A stretch of DNA of 64,000 bases from Octopus vulgaris (Eukaryota), in assembly GCA_951406725.2 (NCBI GenBank), contig OX597833.1, positions 32,674,001 through 32,738,000 of the forward strand, given 5' to 3'. Below, in pieces: positions 26,321-38,761 of the stretch. Each line of letters opens with the position of its first letter. Position 1 is the stretch's first letter. Below the pieces are notes generated by a model. It worked only from the letters and a program-made list of their open reading frames with translations. It made no database searches and was not told the origin of the DNA. The position numbers and the translations under genes were made by a program.

Positions 26321-26934
26321 ACACATAAAATACAAAATACAAAGTTATATCTTGATTTCGCTAGTGATAACAATACTCAAAATATATAACAGACTGGAAT
26401 TGTAGGCCCGTCTCTTGCAATTTCGATCAATTGGATCTTGTATAGAAGTGTACGGCTGCAGCGAAATTCATTTTTGAACTTACTTCTATGGAAGGCATTT
26501 TAACAAAAATGCTTCCGTAAAGACGGTGAAAATATTGTCAATTTCCCCAAACAGGGACACAATTCAATTTTGAAACAATAACCAAAGCCCCTTCTCCGAA
26601 AGGGGGAGGTTTACGGTTTACAATTATTTAACAAATGCAACACAACAACGTTTCCCTTACGAGGAACCAACAAACGTGATTACAATAGTCAAACAGTAAT
26701 AATAATAACAACAAACATTTTTAATTTATCCCCATTTATGTGAAACCACTTATTCAAGTTCAAGTCATTGATGCAATTGTATACGAATTGCTAATACACA
26801 CACACATAATAAGGGTGAAAAATTGAATATTAATTTGATTAATATGAATTGAAAACCAGTGGTGTAGCATATAAGACCATACCGGATCTTCTAGCAAAAA
26901 GGATGACCAGTATGAATGGCTCATCCGTGTCACA

Positions 26935-27046
<112 letters not shown>

Positions 27047-27129
27047 AGCTTACAATTTTCTTTCAACAATTGACACTGTCATATATATGTTTGCGTGTGT
27101 ATGTGTGTAAAGAGGAAGTGGGAGTTATA

Positions 27130-27722
27130 GGCAGAGTAAAGCCTTTGAAGTGAAAGAGGGAAATGGTAAAATATTGAGTTTTCTCGAATTTTTGCTTAAT
27201 TGGGGGTCAAATTGAAAGAAATTTGTATGCCATGACCGAATGGAAGTACTTGGAAAAATAATAGGTAAACACTAATTGAAGAAATTGTGTGAGGAGTAAA
27301 TCGTTATGTATTTATTTGTTTCTGTTTGCTGTGTATTATTTTTTGAGTAGTAGTTCAAGGTACACTTGCAAAGAGAAAGTAGGAGAAATTAGGGTGATAG
27401 CATGAGTGAAGCAGTTCATCCCTGTTATATAACTAGTTTCACTTTAATTGTTGCACACTTGCAAAGAGAAAGTAGCAGAAATTCTGTTGGTAACAGTAGG
27501 AGTGAAGCACTTTAAATGAAAGAGGGAAATGGTAAAATATTTACTTTTCTCGAATTTTTGCTTAATTGGGGGTGAAATTTAAAAAACTTTACATGCCACG
27601 ACCCGATGAAATCTACTTGTAAAAATGATAGGTAAATTCCAATTGAAGAAATTCTATATTGTAGAATTGTATAAAAAACAAACGGTTTGGGAGGCAGATA
27701 AAATCTGCCTTTTATCATAAGA
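27130..27722 (-). mobile_element. Non-autonomous Helitron-like family B, 5' part with internal duplication
   Basis: 5' end TCTTATGATAAAAGGCAGATTTTATCTGCC is shared with the copy ending at 29802. 27140-27290 repeats 27505-27660. Confidence 0.6.
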
Positions 27723-28257
27723 CTACCAGTATCGCCCGGCGTTGCTCGGGTTTGTAAGGGAAATAACTATATAAGCATTTTTAGAGAGTTATAGCCAAAA
27801 AATAGCAAAAAATGCATTAAAAATGGAAAAAATATGATGGTAAATTTTTTTTAAAATCGTTGACTCATGTAGACGCTTTCTTAGCCATTTCTGTTTTGGT
27901 GTCTTCAAGCCATGAAGTCGTTGTTCTAAAAGAACGCTGGTCTCCTTGACAACACATTACGACGTTGATTTCCTTACACTCCCTTCCCCACAGGTGCAGG
28001 TGTGAGCGTGGACGCCAACTCCGCCGCCATCGACACACGAAAAATTATGCATTAAAATGGAATAAAAAATGATGTTAAATTATTTTTAAAATCGTAGACT
28101 CATCGTAGACGCGCGCTAATACTCAGACGGGCTTGATATGAATCACGACTATAAGCTACCCGAATTTGGTTAAACTGCACCGCAAAATGTGGGAGTAGTT
28201 AGGAATCTAAATCGAAGGGGACAGACACTCACACAACTACAGTTTTATATATATAGA
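27723..28257 (-). mobile_element. Non-autonomous Helitron (family A)
   Basis: 5' TCTATATATATAAAACTG, 3' hairpin CCCGAGC-AAC-GCCGGG then GTAG (CTAG variant), lying between A and T. Confidence 0.85.
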
Positions 28258-28264
28258 TATACAT

Positions 28265-28868
28265 AGCGCAGTAGTGGTGAGATGTGACAGCAAAGAAAAG
28301 CATACATTCACTCTCTGCATGCAATTAGACTCGGAAAGTTCGTGAGGAACCCATTGACCCAATTTGCTGACTTTTCCGATAGCACACAGGTCTCAATGAA
28401 TGGTTGAATGACCAAATCCAAGCTTCTCTGCTAGTTCCTCAACAGTTACGATGAGATTTTGTTCCACCAGGGTTTTCAGGATGTCCTTGTCGAGTTCTAC
28501 AGATCTTTCAGGATGAGGCTCGTCTTCTAGGCTGTAGTTTATGGCTCGGAATTTCTGGAACCACCATTGACACTGCCTTACGCTTATTGTCCAATCCCCA
28601 TATACTGCATTAATATTTCTTGTACTTTCCGTTGCGTTGTTGTCTTTATTGAACTCATAAAGCAAAATATGCCAAATATGCTCCTTTGTTACTTCCAATA
28701 TAGCTTTGAAAAAAATAGCTGTTAAAATCGAAATGCACTCTTCAAAACTTGCACTATGAATAAGGACAAGATAAAATTACTACCTGCTTTTATAGCAAGT
28801 TAATATAAGTAGTTTATCCCATTCCCCTCTGACTTTTAGTTCAAGCTGTTGAAAAAACCGCATTATTA
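28265..28868 (-). mobile_element. Mariner 5' half (Mos1/SETMAR-like transposase N-terminus)
   Basis: ORF 28393-28698 MEVTKEHIWHILLYEF..CQWWFQKF..LEDEP..TVEELAEKLG, followed by WVP.EL. TIR-like end near 28868. Confidence 0.85.
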
Positions 28869-29322
28869 TATATATATACATACATACATACATATACACA
28901 CACACTCTCTCTCTCTCACACACATGCACACATTTATATTCTGTTATTCTTTTATATGTTTCAGCCTTGAGGTTGTGGCCATGCTGGATCATGTGTGTGT
29001 GTGTGTGTGTGTGTGTCTATCTGTCTGTCTGTCTGTATGTATATATGTATATGTATGTGTGTGAACAATAATATTTTCAACAGATGTGTTGCAAATGTAT
29101 CTGATTGTTCTCAAGCTTCAATACTGTGTGTGTGTGTATATGTGTGTGTGTGTATGTATGTATGTATATGTATGTATGTATGTATATGTATGTATGTATG
29201 TGTGTGTATATGTATGTGTGTGTATGTATGTATGTGTGTGTGTATGTGTGTATGTATGTATGTATGTATGTATGCATGTATGTATGTATGTATGTATGTA
29301 TGAGTGTATGTTTACTTTATTA

Positions 29323-29802
29323 CTAACACAAGCCACTACGGTTATTTAATGTAAAGTCTTCCTCAAATCACTCTCTCTCGCTATTTACTCTCTTCCAAGA
29401 ACCTTTTCACTCACTCTTAGCTCTTAGCTTCCCATACATTTTACTCATGTATCTATCAGCGTCATAGACAGAAACAAATATTACATCGCCATCGTCATCG
29501 CATTCTATTGTCTACCTGTCAACACACTGAATTACTTTCACTTTATTCGTAACACACTGTGTGTGTGCGTTTGCGTGTGCTGTAAACCAGACTAAGAAAA
29601 GCATTTGACATACACACCAGAATGTGAGTTTTCTGTAAATTTTGCTTAATTGGAGTTTAAATTTTAAAAACTGGACCTGGCATGACCCGATGCATTCTAC
29701 TCTTAAAAATGCTAGGTAAATTGTAATTGAAGAAATCCTATATTGTAGATTTCTATAAGATACAAAGGGAGGCAGATAAAATCTGCCTTTTATAATAAGA
29801 GA
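29323..29802 (-). mobile_element. Non-autonomous Helitron-like family B
   Basis: 5' TC(TC)TTATTATAAAAGGCAGATTTTATCTGCC. Putative degenerate TTAG 3' end at 29323. Confidence 0.6.
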
Positions 29803-29832
29803 TTTATAATAAGAGATTATAATAAGAGATAT

Positions 29833-29873
<41 letters not shown>

Positions 29874-29875
<2 letters not shown>

Positions 29876-30268
29876 CGCAGGAGTGGCTGTGTGGTAAGTA
29901 GCTTGCTAACCAACCACATGGTTCCGGGTTCAGTCCCACTGCGTGACATCTTGGGCAAGTGTCTTCTGCTATAGCCCCGGGCCGAATAATGCCTTGTGAG
30001 TGGATTTGGTAGACGGAAACTGAAAGAAGCCTGTCGTATATATGTATGTGTGCGTGTGTTTGTGTGTCTGTGTTTGTCCCCCTAGCATTGCTTGACAACC
30101 GATGCGGGTGTGTTTACGTCCCCGTCACTTAACGGTTCGGCAAAAGAGACTGATAGAATAAGTACTGGGCTTACAAGGAATAAGTCCCGGGGTCGATTTG
30201 CTCGACTAAAGGCGGTGCTCCAGCATGGCCGCAGTCAAATGACTGAAACAAGTAAAAGAGTAAAAGAG
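29874..30268 (+). mobile_element. Full-length tRNA-derived SINE family A (uninterrupted)
   Basis: A box TGGCTGTGTGG, B box GGTTCAGTCCC, internal (TG)n, (TAAAAGAG)n tail. Confidence 0.92.
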
Positions 30269-30310
30269 TATATATATATATATATATATATATTTTATTT
30301 ATTTTTAAAA

Positions 30311-33300
30311 TTTTTATCTAGTTTCAGCTCACAAGCTGTGGCTATGCTGGGGCACCGCCATTTGGTGTTGCTACATGATTTTACTTCACGAATGCTTTTT
30401 AGCAATTGCCATTTGGTGCATGAGAGTGTTCGATGCAGCTGCCCTCATCTGCACCTCCTGCCGTGAAGTTGGTTCACCTGGGACACCTGACAGGAAGAGA
30501 TCCAGTTTTAATTTAAATACATCTGCATCCACCCCATGCAGGTCTCTTAGGTTTTTTGGGAGGATATTGAAGAGTTGTGGGCCTCGGAAGCCCAGGCTAT
30601 CACAGTATCTTGTCCTACATCTTGATGGCAAATTTGGAGTCCTTGGCACTATGCAGTGGCGCCCAGTTCTGACATTGGTGTAACTCTCGATGCCAAAGTT
30701 TGGGACAAGTCCTTCTAGGATCTTCCAGATGTATATTATGGCATATCTTTCTCGCCTACGCTCTAAGGAATAGAGTCTTAATCTCTTGAGTCTTTCCCAA
30801 TAGCTTATATGCAGCACAGAGGCTATCTTCTTCGTGTAGCTTCGTTGGATCGCCTCAAGTTCTGTGATTAACTTGACATTCTTTTCAGCCCACTTGTATA
30901 TTTTGTCCAGCTCACATTGCAGGTGCTTAGTGTCTTCAGGGTTCTGTATTGCCTGTGAAACTTTTGTATCATCTGCATAACTTGTGATCGTGGCTCTTTG
31001 CGTGGCTGAGGGCATGTCGGAGAGGGCCATTATGAACAGTAGTGGTCCCAAAACAGTGCCTTGCGGAACACCGCTCACTATTTGCGTGTTAATGGAAGTG
31101 GCCCCATTGGCTACTACCACATGATTTCTATCCTTCAGAAGGTCATGAAGCCATTCTCCCAATTTTCCAACTATGCCAAGATCACGCAGTTTGTGACATA
31201 TCATTCCATGATCGACTTTATCAAAGGCTTTTGCAAAGTCGAGATATATCACTTCCACATTTGAGTGGTTGAGCAGTTGTTTCAGCACCAGGTCATAGTG
31301 TTGTAGTAGCTGAGTTAAGCAGCTTCTTCCTGGTCGGAAACCATGTTGGGTATCAGGCAGCAAGTCACTTTCTTCAAGGAAGGTGATTAGTTTCCTTCTG
31401 ACTATTCGTTCCATGACCTTGCTGATGTGTGAGGTCAGAGAGATAGGTCTGTAGTTCTTGGCCTCCGCTCTGCTACCTCCTTTATGAATAGGGCATATTT
31501 TACCTTCCTTCAGTTTTCTTGGAAGTTTGCCAGTTGTAAGGAATCTCTGAAAGAGGAACTGCATTGGTCTTGCTAGGACTCTCTTACATACTTTTAGAAG
31601 GATTGCTGGGAATCCATCGGGGCCAGTAGCTGAGTTTGTTTTCATTTCATCAATAGCCTTTCTCTGATTTTATATCTGCAGTGGTAAAGAAGTCAGCTGG
31701 ATTGCTGACTTGAAAATGCCCTAGGGGTGGAGTGAAAATACTCTTGAATTGCTCATTTAATATTTCACTTACCCTCGTTGGATTTCCTGTGAGTGTGCCG
31801 TCCTTTTCAATGAGTGGCCCTATCCTACAGTGCACTGTATCTTTTTCTTTGGCATACCTGTAGAAAGCTCTGGTGTTAGATTTTATGTTGTCTATAGCCC
31901 AGGCTTCTTTGTCTGCTCTTTCTTTTCATGGGAGAGTTGCAGACATTTTTCAATTTCCAACAGTTTTATTTTCAGGCGGGACTTTTCACTGCTTTCAATT
32001 TGTTTGTTTAGGCGATTTGAAACTTTTTTACGCCGTCTCATTAAAACTTTCCTCTCTCTGGGGATTTTGCTCTTGTGTACAGTGGCCTTTCTCTCTGGGA
32101 CACATTTGTAGCATATGGCTTGCATCACAGACTTGAATTGTTGAAGTTTCATGTCGATGTCTGGCGAGGAGAGACATTCAGGCCAGTTTTGTTTGAGGAT
32201 CTCTTTCTCAATTTGTTTCCAGTTTGCCTTATGGAAGTTCAAGCTGGAAATATTCTGAGAGTTTCTTGTAGGCTGCATGTCCATGCTTTCCTTTGGCCCG
32301 TACATGGTCAGCTCTACCATGTTGTGATCCTAGAGTAGTGTCGGTGTCAGTTTCACATTATGGATGAGATCCATATTATTTGTGAAGCAGAGATCCAGTA
32401 TGTTACATGCCCTGGTTGGTTGGAATATTACTTGATCCATGTACAGAGTGTTGATGAGGTTCAGGAGGGACCTCACCTGTCCTCGCTCGCATCGTGTCAT
32501 TCCTGGGAGAGAAAGGCCCTCGAGCCATCTGACATTGGGTAGATTGAAGTCTCCCATAAGAAGTACACTTATGTGTTGTTCTAATGTGACTAGAACTTCT
32601 TCTATTTTTATAAGGCAGTCTTCAAACTTGCCTACATGGCTTGGGGCTTCTGGAGGGCGATATGTAGCACACACAACTACATCAAGTTGCCTTATATGTA
32701 CAATTAGTGTGTCACACACCGAGTTTGAGTATGACAAAAGGACCTGGGGTGTGAGGTCCTCACGGATGTACATAGCAACTCCTCCATGACTCTTTTCTTT
32801 TCTGTCGGTCCGTAGTGCAACATACTGTGGTATGTGTATTTCCGCATCTGCTATGTCCGGTTTCAGGTGTGTTTCCGTAAGTGCTATGCATAAGGCTTGA
32901 TTGCATGCAACAAAGTCTCTCAAGAACGGGATTTTTGTCCTGTTACTAAGTGTTAGCATTCCTCTGATGTTCAGTAGGAGCATCGAGGTGATGTGTATGC
33001 TGTTGCCGGCGGTGTCCACCTTGGGTCTATTTGCTGTGGCGGTCTTGTGTATTGTGGATAGTCCCATCTGCGAGTTTGAGTTTGATGGAGCCAGGACAGC
33101 TGCTGAACAAGAATCTTTTTTGTGCCATGCACAAAAAAGATTCTTGTTCAGCAGCTGCCCTTTCAATAACATGTTGGCGGTTTGTAACACGCACCACATC
33201 TGCGTACCTCCGTTTTGGGGCAGGTGGTGTGTGGTCCATTCCTTTTCCTTTTGGTAGTTTGTTTATGACCTATGTCATGTTTATGTGGCAGGGTCTTTGA

Positions 33301-33945
33301 TGTGCAAAACGGCAGCCTGCACCTTCCTCTCCATGCCAGCAGACACCGTTCAGGTAGAATTTACACATTCGTGTGCACTGTCTGTTTTTATCCTTTTTGG
33401 ATAGTCAGGTTTGCTTCTATCCTTGGCTGTTTCATCTTTTGGTTTTGTTTGAGTTTTAGCTTTTCCTTCTTTGGCTGTTTCATCTTTTGTTTTTCTTTTA
33501 GTTTTTCCTCCGTTTATTTCTTTTTTGGCCCTTTCATCTCCATGGTTTAGACTTTTGGTGTTGGTAGGAGTACTTACACTTGGGTTTACTTCCCGGGCAG
33601 GTTTCTCACTTGAATCTTCTTTGTTGTTGTCCTGGGTGTCTACCAAGTGGGGGTGACATCTTTCATCAGCACTCGCGCCTCCATCCTTGCCATCTTTACT
33701 TTGTTCATTGTCAAAGATGGCATCAAGCGTGCCAATGTAAGATCTTATGAGTGCATAGGAGCGTATAAACTCCTGCTTCTTTCGCTCTATCTGTGCTATC
33801 GTCATTTTATATCCACTGCTCTTCAGCGCATCTGTAATTATGTTGTTCGGATTATCTCCGTCGGCGCATCGCCAGGCTCTCAGAAACAACGCCAATTCGT
33901 TACTTCTCCAGGTTCTGAACATTTTGGATATTTTATTTATTTATT
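30311..33945 (-). mobile_element. CR1/L2-group LINE (APE-RT), near full length, disrupted
   Basis: APE ORF 32330-33199 (LLNIRG, LTETHL, GDFNLP, LDL). RT ORF 30386-31645 (NYRPISL, YLDFAKAFD, GVPQGTVLGP, YADD, SLERRR). ORF1 lies upstream. The RT C-terminus has an internal deletion at WAEKN|VKLI. Confidence 0.92.
33239..33922 (-). pseudogene. LINE ORF1 with Myb/SANT-like N-terminus and CCCH zinc finger (frameshifted)
   Basis: ORF 33350-33922. A shifted frame near 33370-33300 reads CKFYLNGVCWHGEEGAGCRFAH. Confidence 0.6.
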
Positions 33946-34759
33946 TATCTAATTATATTTAAAATTCAATAGTGCGATAGATGGTAGAGAAGAAATAGAG
34001 AAAGAAAGTGTCTATGTATTTAGAGAGATTGAGAGCTGAGAGAAGATAAGAAGAGAGTAAGAGAAGAAAGTATATATATATATACAGTGAGAGAGAGAGA
34101 AAGATGGATAGATAACACTCGGCGTTTTGAGAGAGTATTCTCCACCGAGACAAATCGCAGCCTACCGGCAAATACACGTGAGGTATATTCTAAGCACATG
34201 TGGTTGGCTGCCACCGGAAGGTTCAATATTGTCGTTAAAGGCGTGAAATTGCGTTTCAAACTCGGTGACTTTCTCCGTCTGTTTTCCTTTTAGTTGTTCA
34301 TTTATGTTTTAACTTTATTTGGGACGCTAAGTACCCTTTGATTTCTTTAGATTAAGTGACTGGATATATTCGTACGACTTCTCTTGTTCTCTCTCTCTTT
34401 CTCCTTCCTCTCTGCTCTCCGTGTGTCTCACTCTGCCTTCTACCACTTTCTCCCACTTGCTACTAGCACGTAGCCCGTGTTCCTCGTGTTTACTTTTTCT
34501 CTTTCTCCTCCCTTTTCGCGTTGACCGTTGAAACAACCGGTCGTATTTCCTGTGGTTTCCCTCTTCAGCCTGTTTCGCTGTCTGTTGTGCTTCTGTTTCT
34601 AATCCTTTAGGGTTTTCTTCTGAGTGTTATCCACACTTTCGTCTCAGCCCGGCGCTAAGGCTATAATGTTTATTGTATAGCTAAGGCTGTATTGTTTATT
34701 TATTTTGTACTTGTCCTTCGGCCGTCCAATAACGAATTATGTTTTTTCATGTTTGCATA

Positions 34760-35148
34760 GTCTTTTACTCTTTTACTTGTTTCAGTCATTTGACTGCGGC
34801 CATGCTGGAGCACCGCCTTTAGTCGAGCAAATCGACCCCAGGACTTATTCTTTGTAAGCCCAGTACTTATTCTATCGGTCTCTTTTGCCGAACCGCTAAG
34901 TGACGGGGACGTAAACACACCAGTATCGGTTGTCAAGCAATGCTAGGGGGACAAACACAGACACACAAACATATACACACACATACATATATATATATAC
35001 GTATATACGACAGGCTTCTTCCAGTTTCCGTCTACCAAATCCACTCACGGGGCATCGGTCGGCCCGGAGCTATAGCAGAAGACACTTGCTCAAGATGCTA
35101 CGCAGTGGGACTGAACCCGGAACCATGTGGTTGGTTAGCAAGCTACTT
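34760..35148 (-). mobile_element. SINE family A body; its 5' tip is displaced to 40806-40838
   Basis: Matches 29874-30268 up to AGCAAGCTACTT. The remaining head (..TTACCACACTACCACTCCTGCGC) follows the LINE. Confidence 0.92.
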
Positions 35149-35348
35149 TATTTCATAAAAGATTCGCCATTAAGGCGTTACATAGAGGGGACATACAAAT
35201 GCAGACAAACATATAGGGTGTAGTAGCTTAAAACGTTTTGATTAGAATAACATATATATAATATTTACAATATAAAGTTTTTAAAATGTTGTATTATACA
35301 GCAGGGCACGGATCCCTGCCATCCGGGTACTTCTTGATCCGGCCACAC

Positions 35349-38300
35349 TTACCTGGTGTCAGATATACTCAGCTTGCACGCTACAGACTTCCATTTTTTC
35401 GCAAACATATCTCGTGACAGATACCTCTTCTCCAGCCTGATCTTACTACCGTGGTGGTAATTGAAAAAGTTAACCAACCCCTGGCCGGATACAAAGGTAC
35501 CTGTCACTATACCTTTCGTACGCGTCTTCCATACTGTTTCTTTCAGTATGGCTATTACGCAGGAAAAAGAAGCCTTCCTTTCCCTGCTGAGGAAAGGAGG
35601 TGGCACAATCTCAATGATAGATTCCGCTGATAGCTGTACTCTTCCATTCACTGACAACAGTTGTTCGGCGAAAGCAATCAGTCCCGATAACTCCGGACAC
35701 TCCACGAATGCGTGCAAGACGGTTTCCCTATCCCGCTCACATCGCAGACATGTCGGCGAGACGGCACTTCCGTGCCTTGACAGCTTGTCGCGAACAGGTA
35801 ACGCCGCACGGAAACACTGCCAGGCCAGGGATTTCTGGTAATTATCCAGGTACCCCGGCCCGAACGTTCTCCGGAACAGGTTGGTCAACTGATTTTCATC
35901 GTAGCCCAGGGTCTCCCCCAAGGTGTCTTCGGACTTAACCTCCACTAACCCGCTATAGAAATCCGCGGTGGAACTCCTGTTGCCGGCATTGCCCGCCCGA
36001 GAGAGTAGCTGAAGTGCCTGACGGCACTCCAATTGCCAGTCCCCCAGCCTAGGTCTCTGCTTGATCCAATTACCAATGTCCGTTAAGGACGTTAATCGCG
36101 GAAAGTAGAACCGAACGTGCGGTGACCACACCTGTTCTCCATCCAAGTAAAGTCAGAGGTGCCTCAACCTTAACGCGACCTTTCGCATCTTCAGCCAAGC
36201 CCACCCTTTAGCGGTTTCTGGCAGCAGACAGAGCGATTTACAAGTGGCTTCCCTCCTTTCCACAAAAAGTGGAAAAGGATTCTCTCCAACTTGTTCAGCC
36301 ACAAATCGGGGCAAGGCACCACGGTCAGGGGGTAGGTGACTACTGATGCCATGAACATCTGCACCACCTCCGCCCTCCCTAGCAGGGATAACGCCCGTCC
36401 AGACCAGGTCTGGGTTAGAGCGGTCACCTTGCCGGCCACCTCACTCCAATTTTTCTCTATCTGGAGGTCTGGCCCGAACCAGACTCCGAGCAGCTTAACA
36501 GGACCTTCCGTCCAACGCCCCACGACGTTATTGGACGGCATCGGCTTGCCCCTCCAGGTGCCGAGTTGCAAACCGACCGACTTGTCCTTGTTCACCTTTG
36601 CTCCTGCTACCGCTTCGTAGCTTTTGATGGCCTCTTCCACCACTGGAAGCTGGTCCTCATCTGCCACGATGATGGAGATGTCATCCGCGTACGCCGTAGC
36701 TCCTCTTCCACACCATAGATCATGCGGTGCGCCCCCTATTGCCTCCAACTTCCGTAGCAAAGGCTCAAGAGCCAACACATATTGAAGCGGGGACAGGGGA
36801 CACCCCTGACGGACTGAACGCTCGATCCTGAACGGCTTCGAAAGGGAGCCGTTCACCTTGACCACAGACTCGATGTCGCTATACAAAGCAGCGATCCAAC
36901 CTCGAAAGGTCGGGCCCAGGCCAGCCTCCCCGAGGACCGCCGCCAAGTACCGATGGTCGACCCTATCAAATGCCTTAGAATGGTCTAAATGTACCAGTGC
37001 CCCCCCCCCCCTGAGCCAGAAAGCTACCCGACCCTGTCTAAGGAGTAGCGTATAAGGTGGAGATTGTCGTGTATCGTCCTGCCCGGGATAGCGCACGTTT
37101 GCGCTTCTCCGACAAGTTTATCCACGACCCGCGCCAACCTTTTCGCCAGCACCTTGGCCAAAATCTTTAACTCTGTGTTTAGCAGAGTTATGGGCCTGAA
37201 GTTGCCTATCTCGTCCCCCTTGCTCGGGTCCTTCCTGATCAACGTTACCACACCCCGGCTCGCAGACTTGGGAATTTTCCATTCCTGCTGCCAGTTGGCG
37301 AAGACGCTAGCCAGCAGGTGCCCGAACAAGTCTGGCATACTTTTGAAAAACTCATAGGGCAGACCATCGAGACCCGGCAACTTCTCCCCGGGGCACTCGC
37401 CCAACGCCTCGATTACTTCCTCGGCTGTGATTGGCCCCTCACAGCACTCAGCCTCTCGTGCCGAGAGACGCGGGCCACCAGAAAGGAAGCCCCTAAAGGC
37501 CTCACCATGATCCAGCGTCCCGCACCTCCCGAACAACTCGGCGATGTGCTTGTAAAGTGCCTCACACATCTCGTCCCGTTCCTTCACCGTGCATCCGTTT
37601 CCGTCAACAAGAGACCTAATTGTGGCATTGTTGCCACGCTGGGTTTCTATCGTACGGGCCCATCCGGCAACATTAATTCCCTCGCGGTCCAATGCTCGTA
37701 CTTTAGCCCGAACTCTACACCCCTAATGTTTGGTTTTGAGGTGACGGTCTAAAGCCGTTCTCGTCGCCAAAATGTGAGATGCAGAGCCCAACCTCAACGC
37801 CTCCTCTAACTTCTTAGCTAATTGCCCTTCTACTCTAGCCTTATCTAGTCTTAGTTGCTTACTAAACCTAATTGACTCGAATCGAATGGCTCTTTTCAGG
37901 GCGAACCACCACCGGTTATTAACCACGGCTCCGGTTAACGCCCTCTGCACTAACTCCTTAATCCAACTGCGGTATGCCTCACAAGTCAAAATAGACTGGT
38001 TCAGCTTCCAGTAGCCGTTTCCTATCTTTAGTGTGCTACCTATGTCCAGTCTACACTTGACCATTCTATGGTCCGTATAGGGCACCTGGACGAGCTGTGG
38101 ACAACTAAAAGTAGACTTATCTCTAGTTCTTATCACTACCCTGTCTAGATAAGACTTGAACCTTCCGTCGCCACTCATCCAGGTCCAATCTGGGACGTTC
38201 GGATGGTCAAGTCTGTAACGATCTGCCAGCTGAAATCGCTTAAGCAGGTCCACGAGACGTGAGTTCACTTTCCTATGGATCGAGCCAACACTATCGATGT

Positions 38301-38744
38301 GTACGTCAACGATAGCATTAAAGTCTCCTAATACTACTAAAGTCTTCGACGTCACGAGAAAGTTCTCTAGGCGCCGATAAAAATCAGTTTGGAAGCCTCT
38401 AGCACAAGGTGCATAGAGTCCGATCAACCTGAAGGCCTTACTGCTGTATGTCACATCAAGGACGACCAGCCCACCTTCGGGGTCCACATAGACTGTACTT
38501 GTCTGCAGAGCCAAGCTTTTACGGATCAGTACCACTACGCCCCTCGTTCTCCGGTCTGACCGGGAGATATGATTTTCTCGTAGCCATTCAGGAGAGGCGA
38601 GAAGGTTTGTAGACTGTCCAGCTTGGTCTCTGTAGCAACCATCACGTGCATATCATGTGATCTGAGATCGTCGAGGAAACACGCCTGCTTCCACTTCGAA
38701 CTCAGACCACGCACATTCAAACAACCAAGGTTAAGAGACGCCAT
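35349..38744 (-). pseudogene. Tx1-like ORF2 (APE-RT-CCHC), frameshifted
   Basis: LNVRGL, ETKL, LGDFN, SYLDR, WKLN, PGLDGLP, FRPITLLN, LDHSKAFD, VRQGCPLSP, YADD and CLRC..HAFVEC. Confidence 0.92.
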
Positions 38745-38761
38745 TACAAAGAGTAAAGGTT

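Noticed and set aside
26895-26932. CGGATGA-GCCA..TGGT hammerhead-like start on the minus strand
   Set aside because: No GAAA or stem III follows. It is only a small palindrome.
29874-29945. tRNA genes (also ~1005-1076 and 1488-1580)
   Set aside because: A and B boxes are present but run into SINE bodies, with no complete cloverleaf or terminator.
34195-34320. Similarity to 40925-41060 suggesting a segmental duplication of the SINE+Tx1 unit
   Set aside because: The match is short and diverged, the intervening sequence differs, and the inserted elements and TSD lengths differ. Better explained as a dispersed repeat.
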